From positions 158,776-222,775 of IMG/VR virus record IMGVR_UViG_3300036770_007547: DNA of 64,000 nucleotides; one strand, written 5' to 3'. The notes under the pieces were generated by a model. The model had not been told where the DNA came from. It saw only the letters and a program-made list of their open reading frames with translations, and did not search any database. Positions 1 to 10,416 of this stretch are shown in pieces. Both the position numbers and the translations under genes were made by a program. How positions within the stretch are numbered: the first letter of the stretch is position 1; the number at the start of each line of letters is the position of its first letter.

Positions 1-1
1 G

Positions 2-2317
2 AATCAACAAATTTCAGTGGCAGCCAAATCCACACAAGGTCCAGTGGTCAGTGCTGGTACTGTGGTGCGCGAGGGACAGGCAGCTCGCGACGACGGGGCT
101 GGCATCGCAAATCCATCACCCACGGTGGCCTCGGCCGCCGGTCCCGGCATCAGCAACGCCCAACCGTTCCAACCCAATCCCACCGAAGGCATCAATGCAC
201 AGACGCGCCCCATCTCTGCCACGCAGCAGATACCACCGCCTACCGCGCCTGATCCCATACCCAGCCAATGGGAGGCCGAGGGATTTGATGACCCCACAGC
301 CACATCAGTTGATGCCAATCAAACACCGCAGAGACCAACCCCAACACAGCAGCGCGGCACCGGTAGTCCAAGCGACGATGCAGTGCAACCGGCCACGCCC
401 ACATCCACAGTGGATTCTGCCGGATCCAGTTTGGTCAGTCGGTTTGATCGTGCCATCGTACCACAAGACAATGTGCTAGACAAATATGCCAGTTACACCT
501 ATAGCCTCAGCATCTACATCATGAGTCCTCAAGCCTATTCACAAATGCTGAGTAGCAAGCGTAAAACACTGAATGGGTCCAACCTATTGATACAAAGCGG
601 TGGTGCTCCCATCACAGGACGCAATCAAGAATTTCCCCTGGACTTTTACATCGATGACATGGAAATGGAACAAGTCATGCCCGGACGCGGCACACACATG
701 GCTCACAATGTCACCAAAATGAAGTTTCGTATATTTGAGCCCAATGGCATTTCATTGCTGCCTAGGCTGTATGCCGCTGCCAAAAAATACGTGGCCAACA
801 CAGCCACCACTGGTCAGACCGATCCCGGAGAAAATCCCTCCACAGTGAAATCCAGCAATGCCAATCAAAACTATGCCGCGCAAAACTATCTCATGGTGAT
901 ACGTTTTTATGGCTACGATGATCAAGGCAACATCATAACCGATCCCACTAGCTACGATGCAGCGCAACGCACCGATGCCAATGCCATCGTGGAAAAGTTC
1001 ATACCATTCCAATTCACCAACATACGATTCAAGATCGCCAACAAGATCACCGAGTACGATTGTGAATGCGTGTGTCCGCAAAATCAAGTGGCCATGGGAC
1101 AAGGTCGCGGCGTGATCCCTTTCAACATCGAGCTCACGGCCACCACATTGAAAAATCTATTGGGAGCCACGGTGCTCAACAATTCGGCACAGGATCCCGG
1201 AGCCAACGCACGCGATCAAAACACCACTGCTGGTGCTCCCGAGAAAGCCAACTCAGCACCAAGTCCCACGTTGGTGACTGGCCTGGCCGAGGCATTGAAT
1301 CGATTCCAAGACGAATTGGTGGCCAAGGGTGTGTACACCAAACCGGATCGATACAAGTTCGTGATCAGTCATTCCGAACTGGCCGAGTCATCGGTGGTGC
1401 CGCCCGGTCCCGTCGACAAGAAACTCACACCCAACGTGACCCCAAACACCGCGGGACAAGCCAAAGACCCCGACCAACAAAGCGTGAACAACAATGCCAA
1501 AACATCGTCGAGCACGGCTGGACAAAGCATCATGCAGTTCCTCAACATGGCAGTGCAAAGAACCGAGTTCATAACCAATCAGCAAACCAAACTCAAGACC
1601 AAGGACGAAAATGGCAATCCCAAAGAGCTGCCAGCAGCATCGGCATCGTCGGCCATGGCCTGGTTTCGCGTGGGCGTGCAAGCCAAGCCCATTGGTGATG
1701 TCATAGATCCCAAGCGCGGTGACTATCCCTACGAGATCACATACGAGATCGCGCCGTTTGGAATCAATGACATGAAAAGCGAATATTTTCCGGGTGGAAA
1801 ATTCCGAGGCACACAAAAACGCTATGCCTATTGGTTTTCGGGAGAAAACACACAGATATTGGATTTTGAACAGGATTTCAACTATCTCTACTACATCACT
1901 GTGACCGGCAGCCAGAAAGATCCTTCACAAAACACTGCCAGTTATCGCGAAGTCGAGCGCAGGATCTATGCAGCAGCCAGCCCGGAATCCACGCAAGGTG
2001 CTGAAAATGGTGTGTTTGATCCCGTGGCCACTGCCGCTGACTATCTCTACAGTCCCAGTGACTTTGCCAAAACACGCATGACCATACTGGGAGATCCGGC
2101 TTGGATCGCCCAAGGCGAAGTATGGTCGGGCATACGTGGACTCACCAACAACAGTTCGTCATCGGGACAAGATGCCTACTTTGATGCATTCTTGTCGGAT
2201 GGCACCATAAATTTTGACAGCCAGGAAGCACTGTTTGAGCTCAGCTGGAATCTGCCCGAAGACTACAATCTGTACACCGGTCTCATGGGCATACAAGGTG
2301 ACAGGACCAATCGATAA
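2..2317 (+). CDS. Baseplate hub-like / tail-associated structural protein (open at the window edge, 5' partial)
   Basis: Frame is open from position 2. Low-complexity P/T/Q-rich N-terminus, then DNVLDKYASYTYSLSIY, FYIDDMEM, FEPNGISLL, FYGYD and TILGDPAWI segments that I recall from phage hub-like proteins. Lies upstream of the gp5-like and gp25 genes. Confidence 0.55.
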   Translation, partial: NQQISVAAKSTQGPVVSAGTVVREGQAARDDGAGIANPSPTVASAAGPGISNAQPFQPNPTEGINAQTRPISATQQIPPPTAPDPIPSQWEAEGFDDPTATSVDANQTPQRPTPTQQRGTGSPSDDAVQPATPTSTVDSAGSSLVSRFDRAIVPQDNVLDKYASYTYSLSIYIMSPQAYSQMLSSKRKTLNGSNLLIQSGGAPITGRNQEFPLDFYIDDMEMEQVMPGRGTHMAHNVTKMKFRIFEPNGISLLPRLYAAAKKYVANTATTGQTDPGENPSTVKSSNANQNYAAQNYLMVIRFYGYDDQGNIITDPTSYDAAQRTDANAIVEKFIPFQFTNIRFKIANKITEYDCECVCPQNQVAMGQGRGVIPFNIELTATTLKNLLGATVLNNSAQDPGANARDQNTTAGAPEKANSAPSPTLVTGLAEALNRFQDELVAKGVYTKPDRYKFVISHSELAESSVVPPGPVDKKLTPNVTPNTAGQAKDPDQQSVNNNAKTSSSTAGQSIMQFLNMAVQRTEFITNQQTKLKTKDENGNPKELPAASASSAMAWFRVGVQAKPIGDVIDPKRGDYPYEITYEIAPFGINDMKSEYFPGGKFRGTQKRYAYWFSGENTQILDFEQDFNYLYYITVTGSQKDPSQNTASYREVERRIYAAASPESTQGAENGVFDPVATAADYLYSPSDFAKTRMTILGDPAWIAQGEVWSGIRGLTNNSSSSGQDAYFDAFLSDGTINFDSQEALFELSWNLPEDYNLYTGLMGIQGDRTNR

Positions 2318-3777
2318 TGTCGGTCAATGAATTATTGATAGAGATAAGGAAACTGCAAGACCAAAAGCAGACACTGTCTGCCGAAGTCAATTCGGCCACC
2401 CAAGCTGCATTGGAGGCCTATGATCGTGTCAAGGCATCCTACAACGATCGCAACGATCCACCTTACAACGCCGACGGACAAAACTTCGCTGACAAGCAAG
2501 CCTACACCAATTATCTGCGCTCGCGTTACAACACGGCCATGTATCAACGACGGGTGTTGCAGAATCAACTCAATGATGTGACACGACAGATATCGCAGCT
2601 AGAACAACAGATCAACGAGACCCGTACCGATCAAGGCACCGGGGTCACTGCGTTGACTCTCAGAAACGGTGACGTGGTGGCAGTGTCCAGCCAAAGCCAG
2701 ATCGAAAATCTCCTGGATCAAGGTCGTATCAGTGAGGCTCAGGCCGAAACCGCGAGATCGGCATTGACCGAGTCCCAACGCGGCCAACCCGTGGCCAAGG
2801 CCCGCGCCGATCAAGGACCGGGCACAGTGTCAGCTGGCGAGATCGTGCTCGAAGATTCGCGAGCACGCGGAGAAAGTGCCACATATCAGGCTCCACCATT
2901 GCCGCAAGGATCGTCACAGCCCATAAACGAGGAAACGCTGGGAGAAAGCAATGCTGTTCCCAGCGTGTTGCCCCAGCCAACTCCGTTGTCTCCGCCAGCT
3001 GCATTGCCACCAGGCGGAGATCCTGATCTAGCGGCCCAGGCCAGACCCGAACCTTCGGTGACCACCAGCTCGGGTGTGGACAGCCTAGAAACTTACTTGC
3101 CATCAAGCACCACAGTCAACTACATTTACAAGGCCACGCTGTGTGTGAGCAAATTCAGCAAAGGGCGATTCACGCAGGATCTAGAAGGCGTGTTGTTGAC
3201 TTTTCCCGGACAAGACATCGGCAAAGACACCGGTACTTTCCAGACTTCGGCCACGGTCGACTCTGCAAGAGAGTCACAAACACCCAATGCCACGAACAAT
3301 CGTGCGGGCACTGGCACACAGGCCAATCCTCAGACCACCAGCGTGGGTTCCAGCAACGGTATCAGCTATCAAGGCACGCCCACGGGTACCACCCAAGGCG
3401 TGGTCAAACCAGCCGCTGTGGATGCGTCGCAGAGCGGCGATCCAACTGCCACTCGTGGATCGATCAACCCACGCACGCTGGCCCCAGCAGCCACAGCCAC
3501 ACCGCCCACCAGTGACAGCCAACCCGTGGGCTTACAAGCACCACCGGCGGTGGGCACCAACAGCGCCGATGTGTCTATACAGGTATTCTTGACCAACGGC
3601 AGCGTGAGAACCGCGACCACGGAAGCACAGATACAAGAACTTTTTATACAAGGTCAGATAACTGCCCTCGAGCGAACACAGGCCATAAATGGCCTGCAGA
3701 TCAAACAACGATCGGCGCAGAGTTCCAGCACAAACACAGTACCACAACGAATAGTAAAGGACGACAATGGCGGATAA
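2317..3777 (+). CDS. Structural hypothetical protein (coiled-coil N-terminus; internal segment resembling a hub C-terminus)
   Basis: 486 aa, TAATG-coupled to the upstream stop. Coiled-coil N-terminus, low-complexity T/Q/A/P, central YIYKATLCVSKFSKGRFTQDLEGVLL segment. Confidence 0.55.
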   Translation: MSVNELLIEIRKLQDQKQTLSAEVNSATQAALEAYDRVKASYNDRNDPPYNADGQNFADKQAYTNYLRSRYNTAMYQRRVLQNQLNDVTRQISQLEQQINETRTDQGTGVTALTLRNGDVVAVSSQSQIENLLDQGRISEAQAETARSALTESQRGQPVAKARADQGPGTVSAGEIVLEDSRARGESATYQAPPLPQGSSQPINEETLGESNAVPSVLPQPTPLSPPAALPPGGDPDLAAQARPEPSVTTSSGVDSLETYLPSSTTVNYIYKATLCVSKFSKGRFTQDLEGVLLTFPGQDIGKDTGTFQTSATVDSARESQTPNATNNRAGTGTQANPQTTSVGSSNGISYQGTPTGTTQGVVKPAAVDASQSGDPTATRGSINPRTLAPAATATPPTSDSQPVGLQAPPAVGTNSADVSIQVFLTNGSVRTATTEAQIQELFIQGQITALERTQAINGLQIKQRSAQSSSTNTVPQRIVKDDNGG

Positions 3778-6469
3778 CATCATTCGCACCAAAGGACGTG
3801 GTGCCAGTTACAAGTTTGACAAAGGCGGTGTTCCCGCCGAATTTGGTCCCTATATTGGTGTGATCAAAAACAACATCGATCCCACGAGATCGGGTCGTTT
3901 GCAGGTGTACATCGAACAATTGGGCGGCAACAATCCTGATGATCCCAGTCTGTGGAGAACCGTGAGCTATTGCCCGCCTTTCTATGGTGTGACTCCCAGG
4001 AACAACGCCACAGGCAGTGCTGGTACCGGTACCTACAAAGGCAATCAGCAGAGTTACGGCATGTGGTTCACTCCGCCCGACCTCGGCGTGCAAGTGATAT
4101 GCTTTTTCGTGGCCGGAGATCCCAATCAAGGCTATTGGTTGGCCTGTGTGCCTGATCCAGGTGTCACCCACATGATCCCGGCCATTGGTGCCAGCCGTAA
4201 CTATATCACCAAAAACAGTCAGCAAGAAACTGAGATATCTGCTGCCGATGCAAAACAAATGCCGGTGGTAGAAATCAATCAGGACAATCCGGGTCTTGAA
4301 GAGAGTCCAAGATTTTTTGATCAAGAAAAACCCATACACGATTATGTTTACACAGTGTTGTTGAACCAAGGGTTGTTGGGTGACTATATCCGTGGTCCCA
4401 TATCAAGCTCGGCACAACGCGAAAGTCCCAGCTCGGTGTTTGGGATGAGCAGTCCCGGACGACCCATCTACCAAGGTGTGAGCGGCATACAAAGCGAAGA
4501 AGAAGTGCTGGCCAAGGTGCAGTCGGGTGCCATCAAGATCGAAGATGTCAAGATTGAAGGACGACGTGGTGGACACAGCATCATCATGGACGATGGTGAT
4601 CTGCGCGGTCGCGACAATCTCATACGCATACGCACAGCCAAGGGACATCAGATCACCATGAGCGATGAAGCTGATTGTCTCTACATCATCGCAGCCAATG
4701 GTCAGACCTGGATCGAGCTGGGCAGCGAGGGAACTGTGGACGTGTATTCCACCAATTCAGTGAACGTGCGCAGCCAAGGTGAGATCAATCTCCATGCTGA
4801 CAAAAACATCAACATCAATGCCGGTGAAAATCTCAACATCCGTGCCAAAAACATGCAGGTTGAGACCAAAGAAACATTGAACATGTCGGCCAGCACCGAT
4901 TTCACTCTTTACAGCAAAACCAAACTGGGCGTCAAAAGCGATGGTGGCATCAACCTGGATGCCAAGACCGGTGGCTGGAAAGCATCGGGTGGTCTCAAAC
5001 TGCGCGGCAGCCGTATCGACCTCAATGGAGGCAGCGCACCGGAATCTGTGACTGCTCCCAAGGTGTTGGTGGAATACAAGTTGGACGACACCAAGTTTGT
5101 GGCCGGCACCGGATGGCAAAAACAAGAAGGCACACTGGAAACCATAGTTCCGCGTGCGCCCACACACGAACCTTATCCCTATCACAATCGCGGCGTGCCC
5201 GTGGAAGTTGACCTGTCAGCATCGGCAAGTTCGCCACCGTCGCCGAGTGTGAGCCAGGCCCTGGGCACAGCATCTTCACAGGTACCATCGACCACGATCA
5301 ATGCCGCAGATGTTCTCAGCACACCACCGGCCAGTGTTGGTATCGGCAGCTTGGACAAATCACAAGTGAGTGGGCTGTTGGCCCAATCCAAGGCCATCAC
5401 CAATCAAAACAGCAGTGTGTTCAGCATCGACAAAGGCATCGGCGAATATGGACTGCAACCCGTGCAACTGGAATCCGCGGGCTATCTCAAACCCGGCACC
5501 ATGCAACAGGCCTTGGCTGCAGTACCATCGGCACCCACAGCCGCTGACATAGCCGAAGCCAATCGTCTCACCGGACTGGGACTCAATTATACCCCACAAC
5601 AAGTGGCACAACAGCGCACGGTGCAGGAAATATTGTCTGCTCCCACGTCCTGGACTGGAAAGAGCGGAGTCAGCAGCTTCTCGTCGTTGTTGGGCGACAG
5701 CAATCTACAAAATCAAGTACAGCAAGGTCTATTGCAAAACAGCCTCTCTGGTCTGCAAACATCGGGCTTGGCCAAGGGCACAGAAAGTGCATCGGTGCTG
5801 GCACCATTGTTGGCAGTGGCATCAAAATTTGGAATAGCAAACACATCGTCGTTTGTGAAGGGTGTGGCCGCTCCAGACATCAACAGTGCCATGTCATCGT
5901 TGACTCGCAACTCTCAGTTTACCACTTCTTTTATCACAGACAAGTTGGGCGCATTCACATCTTTGAGTCGGCGAGCAGCATCGGTGACCAATACTGTGAA
6001 CCGAGCAGCGGTGGACTCAGCATTGACAGCCAGCCTAGGCGATCCAAAAATCCCGGCTCCCAGTTACAAACCACAGGTACGCAAGGAAGATCAGCCGTCT
6101 CAGTTCCAAGATCAACGCGACTCGTTCCAAGACAAAGTAGATGAAGCATCGATATTTTTCAGCGGAGTCAAGACTCAGCTAGATGCTCTCTATGATTCGG
6201 CACAGGCCCTTAGATCCAGCGACAACATCAGTGCATCCCAAGTCGACGCACTTGAAAGCCGTCTCACCTCAGTGCGCAATCTTTACAACAACAACCGGGA
6301 AAAATATCTGCAGCCCATACAAGACGCAGTGAATTCGGCCCCCATCGAACTCCGCGATGAATTCAACAGCCAATATCTCGGTTACACGCGGCAAATACGC
6401 ATATTACAGGGATTGGTGGCCAGCGTGCGCGAGATCATAGCTGAACTACGGGCAAGACAGACCACATAA
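3767..6469 (+). CDS. gp5/VgrG-like baseplate central spike with long C-terminal extension
   Basis: N-terminal OB-fold motifs (GVIKNNIDPTRSGRLQVYI, YGMWFTPPDLGVQVICFF), the GHSIIMDD/IRIRTAKGHQI segment, and beta-helix repeats (INLHADKNININAGENLNIRA). Directly upstream of gp25. Confidence 0.85.
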   Translation: MADNIIRTKGRGASYKFDKGGVPAEFGPYIGVIKNNIDPTRSGRLQVYIEQLGGNNPDDPSLWRTVSYCPPFYGVTPRNNATGSAGTGTYKGNQQSYGMWFTPPDLGVQVICFFVAGDPNQGYWLACVPDPGVTHMIPAIGASRNYITKNSQQETEISAADAKQMPVVEINQDNPGLEESPRFFDQEKPIHDYVYTVLLNQGLLGDYIRGPISSSAQRESPSSVFGMSSPGRPIYQGVSGIQSEEEVLAKVQSGAIKIEDVKIEGRRGGHSIIMDDGDLRGRDNLIRIRTAKGHQITMSDEADCLYIIAANGQTWIELGSEGTVDVYSTNSVNVRSQGEINLHADKNININAGENLNIRAKNMQVETKETLNMSASTDFTLYSKTKLGVKSDGGINLDAKTGGWKASGGLKLRGSRIDLNGGSAPESVTAPKVLVEYKLDDTKFVAGTGWQKQEGTLETIVPRAPTHEPYPYHNRGVPVEVDLSASASSPPSPSVSQALGTASSQVPSTTINAADVLSTPPASVGIGSLDKSQVSGLLAQSKAITNQNSSVFSIDKGIGEYGLQPVQLESAGYLKPGTMQQALAAVPSAPTAADIAEANRLTGLGLNYTPQQVAQQRTVQEILSAPTSWTGKSGVSSFSSLLGDSNLQNQVQQGLLQNSLSGLQTSGLAKGTESASVLAPLLAVASKFGIANTSSFVKGVAAPDINSAMSSLTRNSQFTTSFITDKLGAFTSLSRRAASVTNTVNRAAVDSALTASLGDPKIPAPSYKPQVRKEDQPSQFQDQRDSFQDKVDEASIFFSGVKTQLDALYDSAQALRSSDNISASQVDALESRLTSVRNLYNNNREKYLQPIQDAVNSAPIELRDEFNSQYLGYTRQIRILQGLVASVREIIAELRARQTT

Positions 6470-6476
6470 ATAGTGC

Positions 6477-6851
6477 ATGCCTACGTTTATCGGTTTCAAC
6501 ACCATCAATCAATACAAAAAATTCACGCTCACTGACTTTGACTTGGTCAAGAGAGATCTTTCCAACGCTTTGAACATACAGCAAGGTGAGATTCCCGGGA
6601 GACCGCAATACGGCACCACCATATGGAGCTACATTTTTGAAAACCAAAGTCCCGAGACCAATCAAGCCATACTGCAAGAATTGCAACGAGTGATCGAGCT
6701 TGATCCTCGCATCTTTGTCAGCAACGCTCGGGTATATCCTCAGCAAAATGGGGTGCTAATCGAACTCGAAGTCACAGTGGCACCCACGACCACACCACAA
6801 CTGTTGCAACTGTTTTTTGATCAGCAGACACGACAAGCCATCGCTATCTAA
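6477..6851 (+). CDS. gp25/GpW-like baseplate wedge subunit
   Basis: 124 aa with DLSNALNIQQGEIPGRPQYGTTIWSYIFE and IELDPRI, the typical gp25 pattern. Sits between the spike and wedge genes. Confidence 0.9.
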   Translation: MPTFIGFNTINQYKKFTLTDFDLVKRDLSNALNIQQGEIPGRPQYGTTIWSYIFENQSPETNQAILQELQRVIELDPRIFVSNARVYPQQNGVLIELEVTVAPTTTPQLLQLFFDQQTRQAIAI

Positions 6852-6900
6852 AACTGTGTAGTTTATAGCGTCGATAAATATCGGATACACAGGTAAAGAC

Positions 6901-9900
6901 ATGGCCAAGACCACAAGACAGACCGCGATATTTGGTGTAGAGGATTGGAAAAGACTCTACCAGACCTATCGCGAAGCCGATTTCCAGAGCTACGATTTCG
7001 AGACTCTGCGCAAGAGCTTCGTTGATTATCTGCGTTTGTACTATCCCGAAAGCTTCAACGACTACATCGAAAGCAGCGAATTCATTGCCTTGCTGGATGT
7101 GATGGCGTTCATGGGACAGGCCCTGGCCTTCCGCAACGATCTCAATGCACGTGAAAACTTCCTAGACACCGCCGAGCGCCGAGACAGCGTGGTGAGACTG
7201 GCCAATCTCGTGGGTTATACACCCAAGCGCAACGTGCCAGCCGAAGGCTACATCAAGATCATGAGTGTGAGCACCTCGGAAAGCATCACCGATTTCAACG
7301 GAGTCAATCTCAGCAACGTGACCATAGACTGGGATGATCCTGCCAACCCCAATTGGCTTGAACAGTTTACTACGGTGGTAAACGCGGCCCTGGTGGACAG
7401 TCAAAAGTACGGGCGTCCCGGAAATCGCCAAACCATACAGGGCGTGGACACCGATGAATACACCATCAATCTGGTCCCGGGATTCTTGCCAGTGATCCCT
7501 TATGTGTCCATCGTTGACGGTGTCAGCATGCCATTTGAAGTGGTCAGTGCCACCAGTACCGGAAAAAATTTCATTTACGAGCCTGCACCACAACCGTCAG
7601 GCGCATTCAACATGCTGTATCGCAACGACGGCCAAGGGTTTGGCAGCAACGACACTGGGTTCTTCTTTTTGTTCAAGCAAGGCGTGTTGCAAAATCAAGA
7701 CTTCAATCTCGCCGAAGCTTTGCCCAACCGAGTGGTCAACATCAACATCGAAGGTTGTAATCAAAACGATCATTGGCTGTTCAAGCTCGATGATGTGGGC
7801 AGCATTGAAAGCGAATGGCAGTACGTGGACAATGTTTTTGCTGGTGCCACCGAACAGCTGGCGCCGGATCAGCGCAAATTCTACACCATCACCAGCCGCA
7901 CCAATGATCAGATCTCGCTGAGATTCGGTGACGGTGTGTTCAGCAGCATACCCGTGGGTATCTTCCGTGCCTATGTGCGTGCATCAAATGGATTGGAATA
8001 CATCATCAATCCCGAAGAGATGCAAAACATACTGTTGCCCATCAGCTACATCAGTCGTCGTGGTCGCTTGGAAACCATTACATTCACTTGCAGCGTGATG
8101 TCGCCGGTCACAAATGCTCAAGCCCGCGAAAGCATCGCTGAAATCAAGCAGCGTGCCCCGGCCCGTTACTACACGCAGAATCGTATGGTCAACGGCGAGG
8201 ACTACAACAATTTTCCATTTACACAATTCAACTCGATCATCAAGAGCAAGGCTGTGGCTCGCAGTTCTATTGGAACCAGCCGCTACGTAGATCTCACCGA
8301 CATCACTGGCAAATATTCCAGCACCAATATATTTGGCAGTGATGGCATGATCTATCGAGAAAATACACTGCCTTCAGTGGAGTTTACCTGGCTCAATCGC
8401 AACGACATCGTTGACACCATCAAGAATTCTGTGGAACCGTTGATCAGCAGCCGAGGCATGCTGCAATTTTACTATCAGAATTTCCCAAGACCTTCTCTGT
8501 CTGTGCTCAATGCCGGGTGGCAGCAAAGCACCACATTGGTGAACGAGACCACGGGATTTTTCTATCAAGGCAACAGCACGAGACCGCTGCCTATAGGTCC
8601 TTACACCAGCAACAATGCGCAATACGTGACTGTGGGCAGTCTAGTAAAGTTTGTTCCGCCTTCGGGCTACTTCTTTGATGCCAACAATCGACTGCGTGCT
8701 GGAACACCCACACGTGCCGATGAAAAATTGGTGGTCTGGGCCACAGTGACCAACGTGGTGCTTGAAGGGACCAATCAAGGTCTGGGCAACCTACCCAATG
8801 GTGTAGGTCCAGTCACGCTCAACAACTTTGTGCCCACGGGCGCTCTAGCCGAATTGGTGATTCCCAAGTTCTCCATAGATCTTCCCGACAGCCTCGAGCA
8901 ACAGATGATCCAACAGATCGAACTGTATCGTAATTTTGCCATTGGATACGACAATCTCAACAGCACTTGGTATCTCATCATTTCCAGCAATCTCAACGAA
9001 AATGCTGTGTTCAGCCGTACCTATGCAAAAAACACCCAGGGTCTCAATCTAGATGCATCCTGGTTGGTGCAATTTACCACCGACGGTGTCACATACACTG
9101 TGAACAGTCGCAGCCTTGACTACAAATTTGCCTCGGTGTTGCAGACACGATTCTTCTACGCAGGATCCGGACAAGTCTATGACAACAAGACCGGCAGCGT
9201 GATCAACGATTTCGTCAATGTGCTCAAGGTCAATGCCCTGCCCGACAGCAATCTCCCATTGCCCACCGACATCGTCATGGACATCATTGGACAGCCGTTG
9301 CAAAGCGATGGTTTTGTCAACGACTACGAAGTGGTGATCAGCTACAAAGACAGTGACGCAGATGGTGTGGCCGACGATCCTGATTTCTTTGAAACCATAG
9401 TGGCTCCCAATGTCAGTCCGGCCAACAAACTGGTGTTCTTCCAGCAGGTCACTGACTTTGACAATCTCGAACGCTACCTGCCTTTGACTCCCGGCGAAGT
9501 CAACAGCGGATTTGACACTGTGCAAGACATTGAGCTGGTAAAGGCCGAGTTCATCAACGGGCAAATATTTTATGCACGCACCCAAAACACGTTCTGGGAA
9601 CTCAAGATCGAACTGATCAATGGATTGATCACACGCACTTTGGTACCTCGTTTGGATTTCCTGGCACGCATTGGGCGCGGCGATCTCGCTTTCCAATACC
9701 GCCACAACAGTCCATTGACCAATGTGATTGATCCCGGAACCACGAACATCATTGATCTTTACTTGGTCACCGACAGCTACTACACACAGTATCAAAACTA
9801 CATCAAAGACACCACTGGTTCCGTGCCCGAGCCAGCACCGCCCACCATCTCGGACCTTACTGCGGCCTACAACACACTCAACGAATACAAGATGGTGTCA

Positions 9901-10416
9901 GACAACATCGTTCTCAATTCAGTGACGTTCAAGCCTTTGTTTGGTGCCAAGGCAGCCACCGAGCTGCGCGGTATCATCAAAGTGGTGCGTGCCCAAAACA
10001 CCGTGGCTTCGGACAGTGAAATCAAGAGCCAGGTCATATCAAACATCAACAACTATTTCACCATCGACAAATGGGACTTTGGCGACAGCTTTTTCTTCTC
10101 GGAACTGGCAGCATATTTGCACGAGCGCCTGGGCTCCATCATCAGTTCAGTGGTGCTGGTGCCATTGAATCCGCTCAAAACTTTTGGAGACTTGTACGAA
10201 ATACGTTCAGCGCCCAACGAAATTTTCGTCAGCGCAGCCACAGTCAGCGATGTGGAAGTCATTGATGCTCTCACACAAACCAACATCCGTAGTCAGACCA
10301 GCGTGGCTGGTTTGTATCCGGTAAGTACATTGGGATCACCGTCACAGACGGTGGGTCAAGCTGGAACCACACCGTTGGTGACTGGTAACAGCGGAACAGA
10401 TTACGGGACTATTTGA
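6901..10416 (+). CDS. gp6-like baseplate wedge protein
   Basis: N-terminal YDFETLRKSFVDYL, SSEFIALLDVMA, ENFLDTAERRDSVVRLANLVGY; also APARYYTQNRMVNGEDY. Follows gp25. Confidence 0.85.
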   Translation: MAKTTRQTAIFGVEDWKRLYQTYREADFQSYDFETLRKSFVDYLRLYYPESFNDYIESSEFIALLDVMAFMGQALAFRNDLNARENFLDTAERRDSVVRLANLVGYTPKRNVPAEGYIKIMSVSTSESITDFNGVNLSNVTIDWDDPANPNWLEQFTTVVNAALVDSQKYGRPGNRQTIQGVDTDEYTINLVPGFLPVIPYVSIVDGVSMPFEVVSATSTGKNFIYEPAPQPSGAFNMLYRNDGQGFGSNDTGFFFLFKQGVLQNQDFNLAEALPNRVVNINIEGCNQNDHWLFKLDDVGSIESEWQYVDNVFAGATEQLAPDQRKFYTITSRTNDQISLRFGDGVFSSIPVGIFRAYVRASNGLEYIINPEEMQNILLPISYISRRGRLETITFTCSVMSPVTNAQARESIAEIKQRAPARYYTQNRMVNGEDYNNFPFTQFNSIIKSKAVARSSIGTSRYVDLTDITGKYSSTNIFGSDGMIYRENTLPSVEFTWLNRNDIVDTIKNSVEPLISSRGMLQFYYQNFPRPSLSVLNAGWQQSTTLVNETTGFFYQGNSTRPLPIGPYTSNNAQYVTVGSLVKFVPPSGYFFDANNRLRAGTPTRADEKLVVWATVTNVVLEGTNQGLGNLPNGVGPVTLNNFVPTGALAELVIPKFSIDLPDSLEQQMIQQIELYRNFAIGYDNLNSTWYLIISSNLNENAVFSRTYAKNTQGLNLDASWLVQFTTDGVTYTVNSRSLDYKFASVLQTRFFYAGSGQVYDNKTGSVINDFVNVLKVNALPDSNLPLPTDIVMDIIGQPLQSDGFVNDYEVVISYKDSDADGVADDPDFFETIVAPNVSPANKLVFFQQVTDFDNLERYLPLTPGEVNSGFDTVQDIELVKAEFINGQIFYARTQNTFWELKIELINGLITRTLVPRLDFLARIGRGDLAFQYRHNSPLTNVIDPGTTNIIDLYLVTDSYYTQYQNYIKDTTGSVPEPAPPTISDLTAAYNTLNEYKMVSDNIVLNSVTFKPLFGAKAATELRGIIKVVRAQNTVASDSEIKSQVISNINNYFTIDKWDFGDSFFFSELAAYLHERLGSIISSVVLVPLNPLKTFGDLYEIRSAPNEIFVSAATVSDVEVIDALTQTNIRSQTSVAGLYPVSTLGSPSQTVGQAGTTPLVTGNSGTDYGTI

